From an uncultured Methanosarcinales archaeon (lineage in GTDB: Archaea; Nanobdellota; Nanobdellia; Woesearchaeales; DATDXC01), in the NCBI GenBank assembly GCA_964510025.1, contig CAZDZV010000002.1, positions 62,001 to 126,000 on the forward strand: a stretch of 64,000 bases of DNA, in the 5' to 3' direction. Positions 17,849-26,811 of the stretch are shown piece after piece (the stretch's first letter is position 1; the number at the start of each line of letters is the position of its first letter). The notes below the pieces were generated by a model that was not told the DNA's origin, did no database searches, and was given only the letters and a program-made list of their open reading frames with translations. A program made the translations under genes and the position numbers.

Positions 17849-17954
17849 TGGACCGGCCGAGACTTTCAGGACATTGCCTAGGGCAAAAAATCGCTTTGAA
17901 CTCGGAATCTCTCCCTAGCCAAGGGAGAATTTTACCAGGTTAAACTACCGGCCC
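17849..17954 (-). tRNA. tRNA-Ala(GGC) with a 32-nt intron at 59/60 (17863-17894)
   Basis: Acceptor GGGCCGG/CCGGTCC with G3:U70; anticodon stem CTCCC/GGGAG with loop TT-GGC-TA; T stem CCGAG/CTCGG; 74 nt after splicing. Confidence 0.88.
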
Positions 17955-17988
17955 ATAAACCCAAGAATTAGGCTATATTATATAAATC

Positions 17989-18201
17989 TTATTCAGCAGC
18001 TATCTTGATGTCTCCTGCCAGGATAGTCTTCCTGCCGCTATGCCTGGCTATCTTGACAGCTCTTGCTGCAATTTCCTCTGCCATATGCTCTATGATCTCA
18101 GAGAAAACTGCCATCGACTCTTCAGAAACACGTGGAGCACCCTGGTCAGACAGAATCCTGGCGCACGGTGCCTTGGGTATAATAGAAGTGTTTCTTGCCA
18201 T
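17989..18201 (-). CDS. Archaeal histone, HMf/nucleosomal type (start revised to 18201)
   Basis: IPKAPCARIL..GAPRVS..A.HSGRKTILAGDIKIA, 70 aa. Confidence 0.9.
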   Translation of the reverse strand: MARNTSIIPKAPCARILSDQGAPRVSEESMAVFSEIIEHMAEEIAARAVKIARHSGRKTILAGDIKIAAE

Positions 18202-18357
18202 AAAGAATGCCCCTTTAGTCTTATGTAGCATAATTTAGTGTAAGGGCTCCTTTATATAGTTTTCGGTTTGCCAAAAAATTGTTGTCACTAAAACATGTCA
18301 ATTAATTGTGGAAGAGCCACAATAAAGTTTATATAATCTCCTGATAAAGAAGCGATT

Positions 18358-19962
18358 ATGGATTTCAGGCAACCCAGCAAGATGGCCAGAAGAGAGCAAA
18401 GGCTGCTGCAGGATGAAAGCCCATTCTTCAGTAGATTAGGGGCTGCTATCAAGGAAAGGGATGGGAAAAAAACTGAGAGAATCTTTCGTAGAATAGTCCA
18501 GGCTGAAGACATCCTCAGGCGATACCATGAACGGCTGGTAGCAGCGCTTAAGACAAGCAAACAGGGAGAAGCTGAGGAGATCGAGACCAAAATTGCTGAA
18601 TTTGAGAATCGTCTGGATGAAATATTGTATAAGAAAGGAAGAAATTTCACAGTAGCTGCGCGAAACTGCCGTTGGGAAGAAGTTGAAGGGATGTTTGCAG
18701 ATATGCTGGAAGCTGCAAAAGGGTGGCTGGCGCTCGACAAAGAGCTTGTTGATTTTGAAGATAACCTTTATTCGCATGGAGGAGATGCTGCAAGAGATGT
18801 GTATGAGCTTGTGAGGGCAATCCAGGCAAACCCCCATATAGTAAGGAGCAGAAGGTTCCTCAGGTATTTAGCGGCACTTGTCAAGGACAAGAGAAGAAGA
18901 AGGCTTTTAAGGGAGAGGCTGTCAGTGATGTTCAAGGCAGGAAGCATAACAGCCAAATCAGCATTATGGTATTTTGTCATATGGGCATTATTGTGGCTGT
19001 TGAGGCCAACATACCATCATCAGACACTGCAGCAGTTTGAACGACTGGTGGCTGATTCAAATGCAGTCCAGACTTTCTTTGATGGGTTGCCAAAGGCAAA
19101 ACAGGAGGAGCTGGCAAAGGCTGCTTTAGATGAAAACAAGCAGGTTGTAGAAGAGCAGCTGGATATTGTTCTTGAGAGATATGCAGAATCAATCTTTGAT
19201 GATTTTATTCGGAGGATACGGTCAGACTACAGACAGATGGCCCAGGAAGTCAAGGAAAAAGCAAGGGAAAACCCAAATTTTGATGCTTCCAACGTAAGGG
19301 AAGATATGAGCATGGAAGAGGTTGAGGAGATGGTCCTTAGGCTTCTGGAGAAATCAAAGCAACAGGCTGTAGAAGACATCCATCGGAATCTCCGGGACTA
19401 TTATATGGTGCAGGTCCTTGAGGGGCAACTTCCAGGGGTGTTGGATCTTGCCAAGGCGGTAACAAAGGGAGATGCAAGGTCGATATGGGAGCACCTTAAA
19501 TGGGGGGCTGCTGAGCCGAATTTCAAGATAAAGATAGAGGACCAGATACGGAGAAGGCTAAACACCTTGCTTGAGCCCAGGATAAATGAGCTAAAAGATA
19601 TAATGAAAGGCAAGCGCGTCTGGAGGCAGATGAACAGGACTGTCACCACTATCATCGAAGATCCGAGCAATGCAGAAAAAGCCATCACCAGGCTAATCCA
19701 AGAGGTAGGGAAGTGGAGCGGCACATATGCAGCCATTGTTCTGGCGCTTGTCTGTTTGGGAGCAGGATTTTTAGTCTGGGGGTTTGCCCGGATAATGGTG
19801 ATAAATTATTTCAGGGACATGCTTATAGTGATAAGGTTCCATTCAAGAAGGCTCAGGGAGAGAAGAAGAAAAGCAGCAAGAAAAGCTGCAAGGCTGGCTT
19901 TCAGGGGAGCAAAGCCTATGAGAGGTTTCATGCCGGGAATACCAGGAAGATGGAGGAGATAA
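18358..19962 (+). CDS. Hypothetical helical protein with two hydrophobic segments
   Basis: 534-aa ORF with upstream TATA; Arg-rich; no family recognised. Confidence 0.7.
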   Translation: MDFRQPSKMARREQRLLQDESPFFSRLGAAIKERDGKKTERIFRRIVQAEDILRRYHERLVAALKTSKQGEAEEIETKIAEFENRLDEILYKKGRNFTVAARNCRWEEVEGMFADMLEAAKGWLALDKELVDFEDNLYSHGGDAARDVYELVRAIQANPHIVRSRRFLRYLAALVKDKRRRRLLRERLSVMFKAGSITAKSALWYFVIWALLWLLRPTYHHQTLQQFERLVADSNAVQTFFDGLPKAKQEELAKAALDENKQVVEEQLDIVLERYAESIFDDFIRRIRSDYRQMAQEVKEKARENPNFDASNVREDMSMEEVEEMVLRLLEKSKQQAVEDIHRNLRDYYMVQVLEGQLPGVLDLAKAVTKGDARSIWEHLKWGAAEPNFKIKIEDQIRRRLNTLLEPRINELKDIMKGKRVWRQMNRTVTTIIEDPSNAEKAITRLIQEVGKWSGTYAAIVLALVCLGAGFLVWGFARIMVINYFRDMLIVIRFHSRRLRERRRKAARKAARLAFRGAKPMRGFMPGIPGRWRR

Positions 19963-19963
19963 G

Positions 19964-20353
19964 ATGAAAAAAGCTGGAAAATGCAGTCTAGTAAAGCATT
20001 ATGAGATACAGTATGGAAAGGCTATCCAAGATGCTGCCAGGCTCATAAAGAAGACAGGAGCTAGGCATGTATATGTCACAAAGAAGAAGATACCTATGGG
20101 AGTGATAAGCACTGTCGATATCGTGAATGATGTTGTTGCAGCTGGAAAGTCCGCAAAGAAGACAAAGGTTGAAGAGATAATGAAAAAGCCTATATTCGCA
20201 TGCAGCTACGATGACACAGTAGCTGACTGCTATTTTAAGCTTGCCAAGCACAATATCATTGTGATACCTGTTCTAAGGAAGAATAAGATAGAAGGATTGC
20301 TTACCTCACAGGAAATAATGAAAGAGCTGGTGAAGAAGGGGAGCAAAAAATGA
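19964..20353 (+). CDS. CBS-pair protein
   Basis: GVISTVDI, KVEEIMKKP, IPV..GLLTSQEI. Confidence 0.85.
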   Translation: MKKAGKCSLVKHYEIQYGKAIQDAARLIKKTGARHVYVTKKKIPMGVISTVDIVNDVVAAGKSAKKTKVEEIMKKPIFACSYDDTVADCYFKLAKHNIIVIPVLRKNKIEGLLTSQEIMKELVKKGSKK

Positions 20354-21120
20354 GCCTTGAGGATGTTGTAAGAAAGGCCATAGACAAAAGCCCCAAGATA
20401 CAGCAGGCTATTGCAGAAGAGGGAGAGCTGAGGTATAAGCTATCGGAGATAGTGGACGGGGCGATGGATAGATACAGATATCTTCAGCAAGCTGCAAGGT
20501 TTGTAGATAAGGCGAACAGGATTCTTGGGCCTGCAGAGGCTGTACTGAGATACGCAAGCGCTTTGGGCACAGCTGGATTCGGCATATATTCATTAGGGAA
20601 ATTGCTGCATTACGGGCTATTGAAGCTGCCCTATACTGCATACTATACCCTAAAGACAGGAGACCTCAAGGGAGCTGGACTGATGACACTGGCTGAGATC
20701 GCGAAATATGTGGCACCATTTGGCACAGCTGCTGATATACTGCCGATGAACCAGTGGATGCTTGACAAGCATATTGTAAAGTATGCTGTAAGAGAGATGG
20801 AAAACTATCTTGAGGAAAGAGAAGGCCAAGAGTTTGCCAAGGGAGAGCAACTGTATCTTCGGAAAGGGAGGTTCAAGATCCCCAGAAGGATGGTGGCAGA
20901 CTACAATGCCAGGGTAAGCGGTGATAAGGTGTATGTGGATGTGCCGTCCCAGGGATATGAGCTGAGAAGCAGGGAAGTTGAGGATGGGGTGCATGAGCTC
21001 TATCTGGAAAGGAAAAAAGGGACACATCCTCAGGTGCTGACAACCTTGGAGATGAGCCTTCCGAAAGATGTAAAAAAGCTAAGGATTCCCAAGCAAGGGA
21101 TGATGAGGCAAGCTGCATGA
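20350..21120 (+). CDS. Hypothetical protein
   Basis: ATGA overlaps with both neighbours; no family recognised. Confidence 0.7.
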   Translation: MSLEDVVRKAIDKSPKIQQAIAEEGELRYKLSEIVDGAMDRYRYLQQAARFVDKANRILGPAEAVLRYASALGTAGFGIYSLGKLLHYGLLKLPYTAYYTLKTGDLKGAGLMTLAEIAKYVAPFGTAADILPMNQWMLDKHIVKYAVREMENYLEEREGQEFAKGEQLYLRKGRFKIPRRMVADYNARVSGDKVYVDVPSQGYELRSREVEDGVHELYLERKKGTHPQVLTTLEMSLPKDVKKLRIPKQGMMRQAA

Positions 21121-22772
21121 ATGAACAGAAAATAAGGAGGTATGCACTGGAGAACGCTGTCAAGTACGATGGAAAAGCTAATCCAGGGGCTGTGATAGGC
21201 AAGCTTTTTTCTGAGGAAAAGGAGCTGGACAGGAAACAAGCTAGCATAAAGGTAAATGAGATCGTAAAGGAAGTAAACAGGCTTGGGGTTGAGAAACAGG
21301 AAGAGATCCTCAGGGAGATCGCGCCTGATTTTTTCAAGAAAAAGAAAAAGGAGGAGAAGCAGCTTCCGGAACTGAAGGACGCAAAAAAGGTGGTTATGAG
21401 ATTTGAGCCTTCTCCATCCGGGCCCATGCATATCGGCCATGCTTATGTCCTTGGACTGAACCATGCTTTCTGCAGCAAATACAACGGGAGAATGATTCTC
21501 AGGATTGGAGACACAAATCCTGGAAACATATATGAGCCTGCCTACAGTCTCTTGGAAGAGGATGCGAGGTGGCTTACCAAGGATGGTATCTCTGAGGTCA
21601 TAGTCCAGTCAGAAAGGCTGGAGCTTTACTACAGATACATGGAAAAGCTCATAGATGTTGGAAAAGCATACATATGCGACTGTGATCCTGAAGAATATAA
21701 AAGACTGTCAAGGGAAAGCATAGCGTGCCCTTGCAGGGGTCTGTCTGCAAAAGAGCAGAAACAAAGATGGAAAAGAATGTTCAGCGGATACAAGCAAGGA
21801 GAGGCTGTGGCAAGGATAAAGACAGACCTAAACAATAAGAATCCTGCCATGAGGGATTTTCCTGTGTTTAGGATTAGCGAGATAAGGCACGCCAAGCAGG
21901 GGAACAGATACAGGGTCTGGCCCCTGATGAACATGGCTGTAGCGGCAGATGACATAGAACTGGGATGCACGCACATCATAAGGGCTAAAGACCATCATGA
22001 CAATGCGATGAGGCAGAGATACATATATGACTACCTGGGCAAGAGATTTCCAGAGGCTATATTTGTGGGAAGGATAAACTTCGAGGGAATGCCTGTAAGC
22101 TCAACAAAGACAAGACATGCAATCGAGGAAGGCAAATACAGCGGATGGGATGATATCCGGCTGCCTTTTCTCCAGGCCCTGAAGAGGAGAGGATACCGGC
22201 CAGATGCCTTCCTCAGATATGCTGTTGATGTGGGCGTAAGCCTCACTGATAAGAAGGTTACCAAGGAGGAGTTCTTCAAGATGATAGATGCGTTCAACAG
22301 GGATGCTGTTGATGCTGAAGCCTATAGATATTTCTTCATCTGGAATCCGGTGAAGATAAAGATCAAGGGAGCCCCTAAGCAGGATGTTGAGCTGGACCTC
22401 CATCCAGACAACAAGAAAGGGGGAAGAAAGTTCAAGGTGAGGGGCGAGTTCTTCATCACAAAAGAGGACATGGATTCCATAAAGGAAAATGAGCTATGCA
22501 GGCTTATGGACTGCCTTAATTTCAGGAAAACTGACAGGGGGTTTGTGTTTGATTCGTTGAGCTATGAGGAGTTCAGGAACAAAGGCAGAAAGATAATGCA
22601 CTGGCTTCCTGCAGACAGATTTGCAGAGATTGCGGTGCTGATGCCTGATAAAAAGACCATAGGCGGGTATGCAGAAAAGACATTAGATAATATAGGGGAA
22701 GTTGTGCAGCTGGAAAGGTTTGGTTTCTGCAGAATAGATAAAAAAAATAAATTGTGGTTTTGCCACAAATGA
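21117..22772 (+). CDS. gltX: Glutamate--tRNA ligase, archaeal type
   Basis: RFEPSPSGPMHIGH, DTNP, VSSTK (KMSKS equivalent), WDDIRLP, QLERFGF. Confidence 0.95.
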   Translation: MNEQKIRRYALENAVKYDGKANPGAVIGKLFSEEKELDRKQASIKVNEIVKEVNRLGVEKQEEILREIAPDFFKKKKKEEKQLPELKDAKKVVMRFEPSPSGPMHIGHAYVLGLNHAFCSKYNGRMILRIGDTNPGNIYEPAYSLLEEDARWLTKDGISEVIVQSERLELYYRYMEKLIDVGKAYICDCDPEEYKRLSRESIACPCRGLSAKEQKQRWKRMFSGYKQGEAVARIKTDLNNKNPAMRDFPVFRISEIRHAKQGNRYRVWPLMNMAVAADDIELGCTHIIRAKDHHDNAMRQRYIYDYLGKRFPEAIFVGRINFEGMPVSSTKTRHAIEEGKYSGWDDIRLPFLQALKRRGYRPDAFLRYAVDVGVSLTDKKVTKEEFFKMIDAFNRDAVDAEAYRYFFIWNPVKIKIKGAPKQDVELDLHPDNKKGGRKFKVRGEFFITKEDMDSIKENELCRLMDCLNFRKTDRGFVFDSLSYEEFRNKGRKIMHWLPADRFAEIAVLMPDKKTIGGYAEKTLDNIGEVVQLERFGFCRIDKKNKLWFCHK

Positions 22773-22773
22773 T

Positions 22774-23751
22774 TTATTTCCTTACGTAAGGATTTCTTGC
22801 AGGTCTTGCTCTTGCTGCAGTGACAGCAGCTGTGTTTGTCCTTTCTCTTTCTTCAGCTTTTGATAGACCAGCTGGCCGAACAGGCTCTGCCCTGATCTCT
22901 AAAGCTGGGCCTGCATCACCTTTATCAGCAGGTTTGGCTGTCTCGGGAGCGGCTGTCTGAACAGTCTGTTCACCGGGAAGAACAGGAAGCCATATTTTTT
23001 CACTATCTGGTGCTGCTAAAGCGTGGTATCTTGGCAGATCAACCTGGACCTCTAGGGATGTTGGTGTGGCTGTCCTTTGCCAGTTTCTTGCAGTGTCTCC
23101 TGGGACGCCTATCTTTAGGTCTCTTCCTATCTCCTCTGTCTTAGGGTCCAAGTCATCAGTTGCATAGACTATCTCCAGAACTCTGTGTCCAACATTGACC
23201 TGATAAGCTACAACATCTGAACCGCCCACATTATATTCAACTCTTCGGACATCTTGAGCTGGCACCATATGCAATCCAGAATAGTCTGCTTTTGGCGTTG
23301 AAGCTGCAGGCCTTGGCCCAACTTCTGCAACATCTGTTGTGTCACTATTTACAGCTGTTGCTGTACTTGCCGCTGCTGCTTTTTCCTTATCAGCTTTATG
23401 TTGCTCATCTGATACAAGCCTATAGATTCTTTGAGCAAGAATTTTGGGAACACCGTCCATTACTCCTTCTTGCTCTGGCCTATAACCGCTATCAAGTCCT
23501 GATAGCTCTGCTAAGAATAGATCAATACCATCTGTATAGAAAGCGCATGTGGTTGTTTTACCAGAATTATTAAATTGCACAAATCTTCCGCTTACCCTGT
23601 CACCTGTGCTATGGGTATATAGGCGGCCTGTTTGCACTACTGGCGTTGGTGGTTCTCCTGCAATAGCATCAATAGTTGGTGTTGCAAGAAGCATGAAAGC
23701 GCCGACTGCTCTTGCCACGCCACTTGCATTATATCTTGGTCCATTATTCAT
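22774..23751 (-). CDS. Hypothetical, probably exported protein
   Basis: N-terminal hydrophobic stretch, Ala/Thr/Pro-rich linkers, upstream TATA. Confidence 0.65.
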   Translation of the reverse strand: MNNGPRYNASGVARAVGAFMLLATPTIDAIAGEPPTPVVQTGRLYTHSTGDRVSGRFVQFNNSGKTTTCAFYTDGIDLFLAELSGLDSGYRPEQEGVMDGVPKILAQRIYRLVSDEQHKADKEKAAAASTATAVNSDTTDVAEVGPRPAASTPKADYSGLHMVPAQDVRRVEYNVGGSDVVAYQVNVGHRVLEIVYATDDLDPKTEEIGRDLKIGVPGDTARNWQRTATPTSLEVQVDLPRYHALAAPDSEKIWLPVLPGEQTVQTAAPETAKPADKGDAGPALEIRAEPVRPAGLSKAEERERTNTAAVTAARARPARNPYVRK

Positions 23752-23882
23752 ATTATCACCTTTTCATATTGAGATTGTCAGTAGAAATCATCAACTCCTA
23801 TATAAAGCTTTCGGTTTATAACTACTACCAAGTAGTATATAATTTTCAAAATGTTTAAAAAGCTGCATATTATCGCATCCTT

Positions 23883-24065
23883 ATGGGAACATCATTGGTT
23901 GTGAGAACACAGATAAAAGACCTGGCTAAAGCAGGCGAAAGGCAGCTAAACGTAGCTACAGATTTTTATGAAGAGCTCAACAGCAAGGTTAAGGCAATCA
24001 TAAGGAAAGCATGCGAAAGAGCTGTAGCAAACGGAAGAACAACGATAATGGCAAAGGATATCTAG
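23883..24065 (+). CDS. Short histone-fold protein with truncated alpha3 (DUF1931/Bd0055-like)
   Basis: LVVRTQIKDL...NVATDF.EEL..KV..II.KA.ERA.ANGRTTIMAKDI*; RxTxxxxD clamp at the very C-terminus. Confidence 0.85.
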   Translation: MGTSLVVRTQIKDLAKAGERQLNVATDFYEELNSKVKAIIRKACERAVANGRTTIMAKDI

Positions 24066-24478
24066 AGCTTAGCTGCTTTTGCCTTTAGAGAATCGATCTT
24101 AGCCCTTACATAATCTAATTCATGCTTGTATTTCTTCTTTGAGCTGAGCTTCCTATATGTCTTCTCAAGGGCCTTTATTTTTGCCAATATCTCCTTTTTC
24201 GGCTTTTTTCCCCGAAGCTTTTCGAGCTCTGCTTCCATCTGCTTCATCTTCTGGCTCTGGGAATGCAGTTTTTGCAGCATGGCTTCATATTCCAGGTTTC
24301 TTGCCTGCTCTCTCTCCTCTATCTCCTCTCTCTTTTCATCCAGAAACCTATGCTCGATATTCTCAAAATCCTGCATGATATTTTTCTGAGCTGGCTTGCC
24401 ATGCTTGTATTTAAGGCTTGCAGCTGCGAGATGGCGTATGAAAACCTTCAATCCTTCTGTGTTAATAGAATCCATCAT
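24062..24478 (-). CDS. Hypothetical coiled-coil protein
   Basis: Overlaps the upstream stop (ATGA-type coupling); K/E-rich. Confidence 0.7.
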   Translation of the reverse strand: MMDSINTEGLKVFIRHLAAASLKYKHGKPAQKNIMQDFENIEHRFLDEKREEIEEREQARNLEYEAMLQKLHSQSQKMKQMEAELEKLRGKKPKKEILAKIKALEKTYRKLSSKKKYKHELDYVRAKIDSLKAKAAKL

Positions 24479-25020
24479 CTACCAAAAAGGCCGCGCTTCT
24501 TGTTCTGCGCAGGAGGAGGCGGACCCAATGGTGGGAGGCCTTGGTTGGGCGGAGCGCCAAAAGCCTGTCTATCAGGGGGAGCGTTGAAATCATGATCAGT
24601 GGGTGGATACCCTGGCTCGGATGTGCTGTCATGATCCCGATCAAAGCCCCCTGAAGGCTGCAATGGGGGCAGATGCTTTGGCTTTTCATGGCCTTTTGCC
24701 ATGCCTTTCACAATATCTGCGATAGCCACCATGCCCTCAGCGATTATCTTGTTCTGCTCTATGACCTCATCGATCTTGTTCACCAGAGGCTTGATCTTTG
24801 TCTCAAACTTCTCCTCTGTGGTCTCCTCGGCTTTCATCTCTTCTGCTGCTGTCTGGAAAAGCTGGAGCATGGAGTCCATGCTTTTCGTAAGCTTTGACAT
24901 GGAATTGAGAAGATCCTGAGAAGAAGTGTTGCCTGACTTTTTCTTGAGGCTTTCCAGCTCTTTTTTTAAAGCTACTATTTCCTTATAAGGCATTATTTCA
25001 TAAGAGTCATCCTCTGCCAT
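24475..25020 (-). CDS. Hypothetical coiled-coil protein with Pro-rich C-terminus
   Basis: SD-like GAGGGG upstream; heptads followed by PPLGPPPP...KKRGLFGR. Confidence 0.75.
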   Translation of the reverse strand: MAEDDSYEIMPYKEIVALKKELESLKKKSGNTSSQDLLNSMSKLTKSMDSMLQLFQTAAEEMKAEETTEEKFETKIKPLVNKIDEVIEQNKIIAEGMVAIADIVKGMAKGHEKPKHLPPLQPSGGFDRDHDSTSEPGYPPTDHDFNAPPDRQAFGAPPNQGLPPLGPPPPAQNKKRGLFGR

Positions 25021-25092
25021 ACCTATCCCCTCTTTTTAGACAGAATTAATTTTTGTAGTTTATAAAAGTTTCGAAAAAAAGAAAGAAAAAAA

Positions 25093-26742
25093 TTACATGC
25101 CCATTCCTGGAGGCATTCCTCCGGGAGGCATACCGCCTGGAGGCATTCCTCCGCCGCCTTCTCCTTTGCTGGAGCCTGCAATCACATCATCTATCCTAAG
25201 TATCATGACTGCAACCTCTGCTGCTGAGCTTACTGCCTGGGTTTTTATCTTCAGCGGCTCTATAACTCCTGTTTTCCAGGAATCTTCAAGCTTGCCTGTG
25301 AATACGTCCACCCCTGCCCACTTTTCTCCTTTGTCATGGGCTGCCTTAAGCTCTGTCAGTATGTCAATGGGATCTAGGCCAGCGTTTTCAGCTAACGTCC
25401 TTGGGATAATCTCTACAGAGTCAGCGAATGCTGTCACTGCCAGCTGTTCCCTTCCAGAGAGGCCGTCAGCGTATTTCCTAAGCTCTTTTGCCAGCTCTAT
25501 TTCAGGGGCCCCTGCTCCGCCTACTGCCCTTTCATTCTGCAAAGTAGCAACAACGTCTCCGATCGCATCTTCCATAGCACGCTTCACTTCATCAACAACA
25601 TGCTCTGTTCCGCCCCTAACCAGGATTGTCACTGATTTTGGATTCTTGCATTCCTTGACATAGGTCATCTCTTCATCCCCTACCTTCACTTCCTCGACCA
25701 TACCTGCTTTTCCCAGGTCATCTGAGCTTAGGTCATCAAGGTTTGAGACCACCTTGCCCCCTGTGGCTCTTGCCAGGGCCTCCATGTCAGACTGCTTGGC
25801 CCTTCTTACGGCATATATGCCCTTCTTGGCAAGGAAATGCTGTGCTATGTCATCTATGCCTTTCTGGCAGATAAGCACATTTGCGCCAGAATTTGCAACC
25901 TTATCAACCTTTGCCTTGAGCATCTTCTCTTCCTGGTCAACAAAAGCCTGCATCTGGTTGGGGTCTGTTATCTGGATCTTGGCGTCTATCTCTGTGTTCT
26001 TTATCTCTATTGCGGAATCAACCAAGGCTATCTTTGCGTCTTTAACCTTGTCAGGCATGCCTGAATGGACCTTTTCCTTATCCAGGACAATGCCTGTCAC
26101 CAGTTCAGAATCCTCTACTGAAGCTCCAACTTTCTTCTCCAGCTTTATATTTTCCTTATCTACATATATCTTTCCGCTGCTCTTTTCAAGAACAGACTTC
26201 ACAGCCTTTACAGCGATGTCGCTGAGCTTTTCCTTTGAGGATTCTGCTCCCTTGCCTGTCATGGCTGTCATGGCAATCTTCTTAAGCTCGTCAACATCAT
26301 CTTCTGAAATTTTCTCGGCGATCTTTTTCAGGATCTCCTGGGCCTTGCTTTCCGCAAGCCTGTATCCTCTTGCAATTATGGTCGGATGCACTTCCTGGTC
26401 AAGCAGGTCCTCTGCCCTCTTAAGAAGCTCCCCTGCGAGCACAACCGCTGTTGTGGTACCATCTCCGACCTCGTCTTCCTGGGTCTTGGCAACCTCAACG
26501 ATCATCTTTGCAGATGGATGCTCTATCTGCATCTCCTCTAATATGGTTACACCGTCATTTGTCACTGTAACATCCCCTAAAGAGTCGACAATCATCTTGT
26601 CCATGCCCTTTGGGCCCAGTGTTGTCCTTACTGTCTCAGCAACCATCTTGGCTGCCATTATATTTGTCCTTTGGGCATTCTTCCCTGTGGTCCTTTGCGT
26701 GCCTTCCGGCAGAATAAATATTGGCTGTACATCTCTTGACAT
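25093..26742 (-). CDS. ths: Thermosome subunit (group II chaperonin)
   Basis: [31 protein letters not shown] tail; SD GGAGGTG. Confidence 0.97.
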   Translation of the reverse strand: MSRDVQPIFILPEGTQRTTGKNAQRTNIMAAKMVAETVRTTLGPKGMDKMIVDSLGDVTVTNDGVTILEEMQIEHPSAKMIVEVAKTQEDEVGDGTTTAVVLAGELLKRAEDLLDQEVHPTIIARGYRLAESKAQEILKKIAEKISEDDVDELKKIAMTAMTGKGAESSKEKLSDIAVKAVKSVLEKSSGKIYVDKENIKLEKKVGASVEDSELVTGIVLDKEKVHSGMPDKVKDAKIALVDSAIEIKNTEIDAKIQITDPNQMQAFVDQEEKMLKAKVDKVANSGANVLICQKGIDDIAQHFLAKKGIYAVRRAKQSDMEALARATGGKVVSNLDDLSSDDLGKAGMVEEVKVGDEEMTYVKECKNPKSVTILVRGGTEHVVDEVKRAMEDAIGDVVATLQNERAVGGAGAPEIELAKELRKYADGLSGREQLAVTAFADSVEIIPRTLAENAGLDPIDILTELKAAHDKGEKWAGVDVFTGKLEDSWKTGVIEPLKIKTQAVSSAAEVAVMILRIDDVIAGSSKGEGGGGMPPGGMPPGGMPPGMGM

Positions 26743-26811
26743 ATTTCCACCTCCGAATTATTAAAAAAAGTGAATAAGCAGTACTATTTAAAGATTTTGT
26801 TTTTAGGGCTG

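Noticed and set aside
17905..17930. Reading the tRNA as Pro(TGG)
   Set aside because: Requires a 9-nt loop; the 7-nt loop centres GGC and G3:U70 marks Ala.
15820..17954. Integrated element between the two tRNAs
   Set aside because: No integrase and no duplicated tRNA 3' end; the inserts form proper BHB introns.
23821..23836. ACTACT-N4-AGTAGT palindrome between divergent promoters
   Set aside because: A single 6-bp arm pair; could be chance.
25095..25160. GGMPP tandem repeat
   Set aside because: Ordinary chaperonin C-terminal tail.
25097..26764. Long plus-strand ORFs (188 and 336 aa) opposite the thermosome
   Set aside because: Antisense shadows of a conserved gene; Ser-rich with no motifs.
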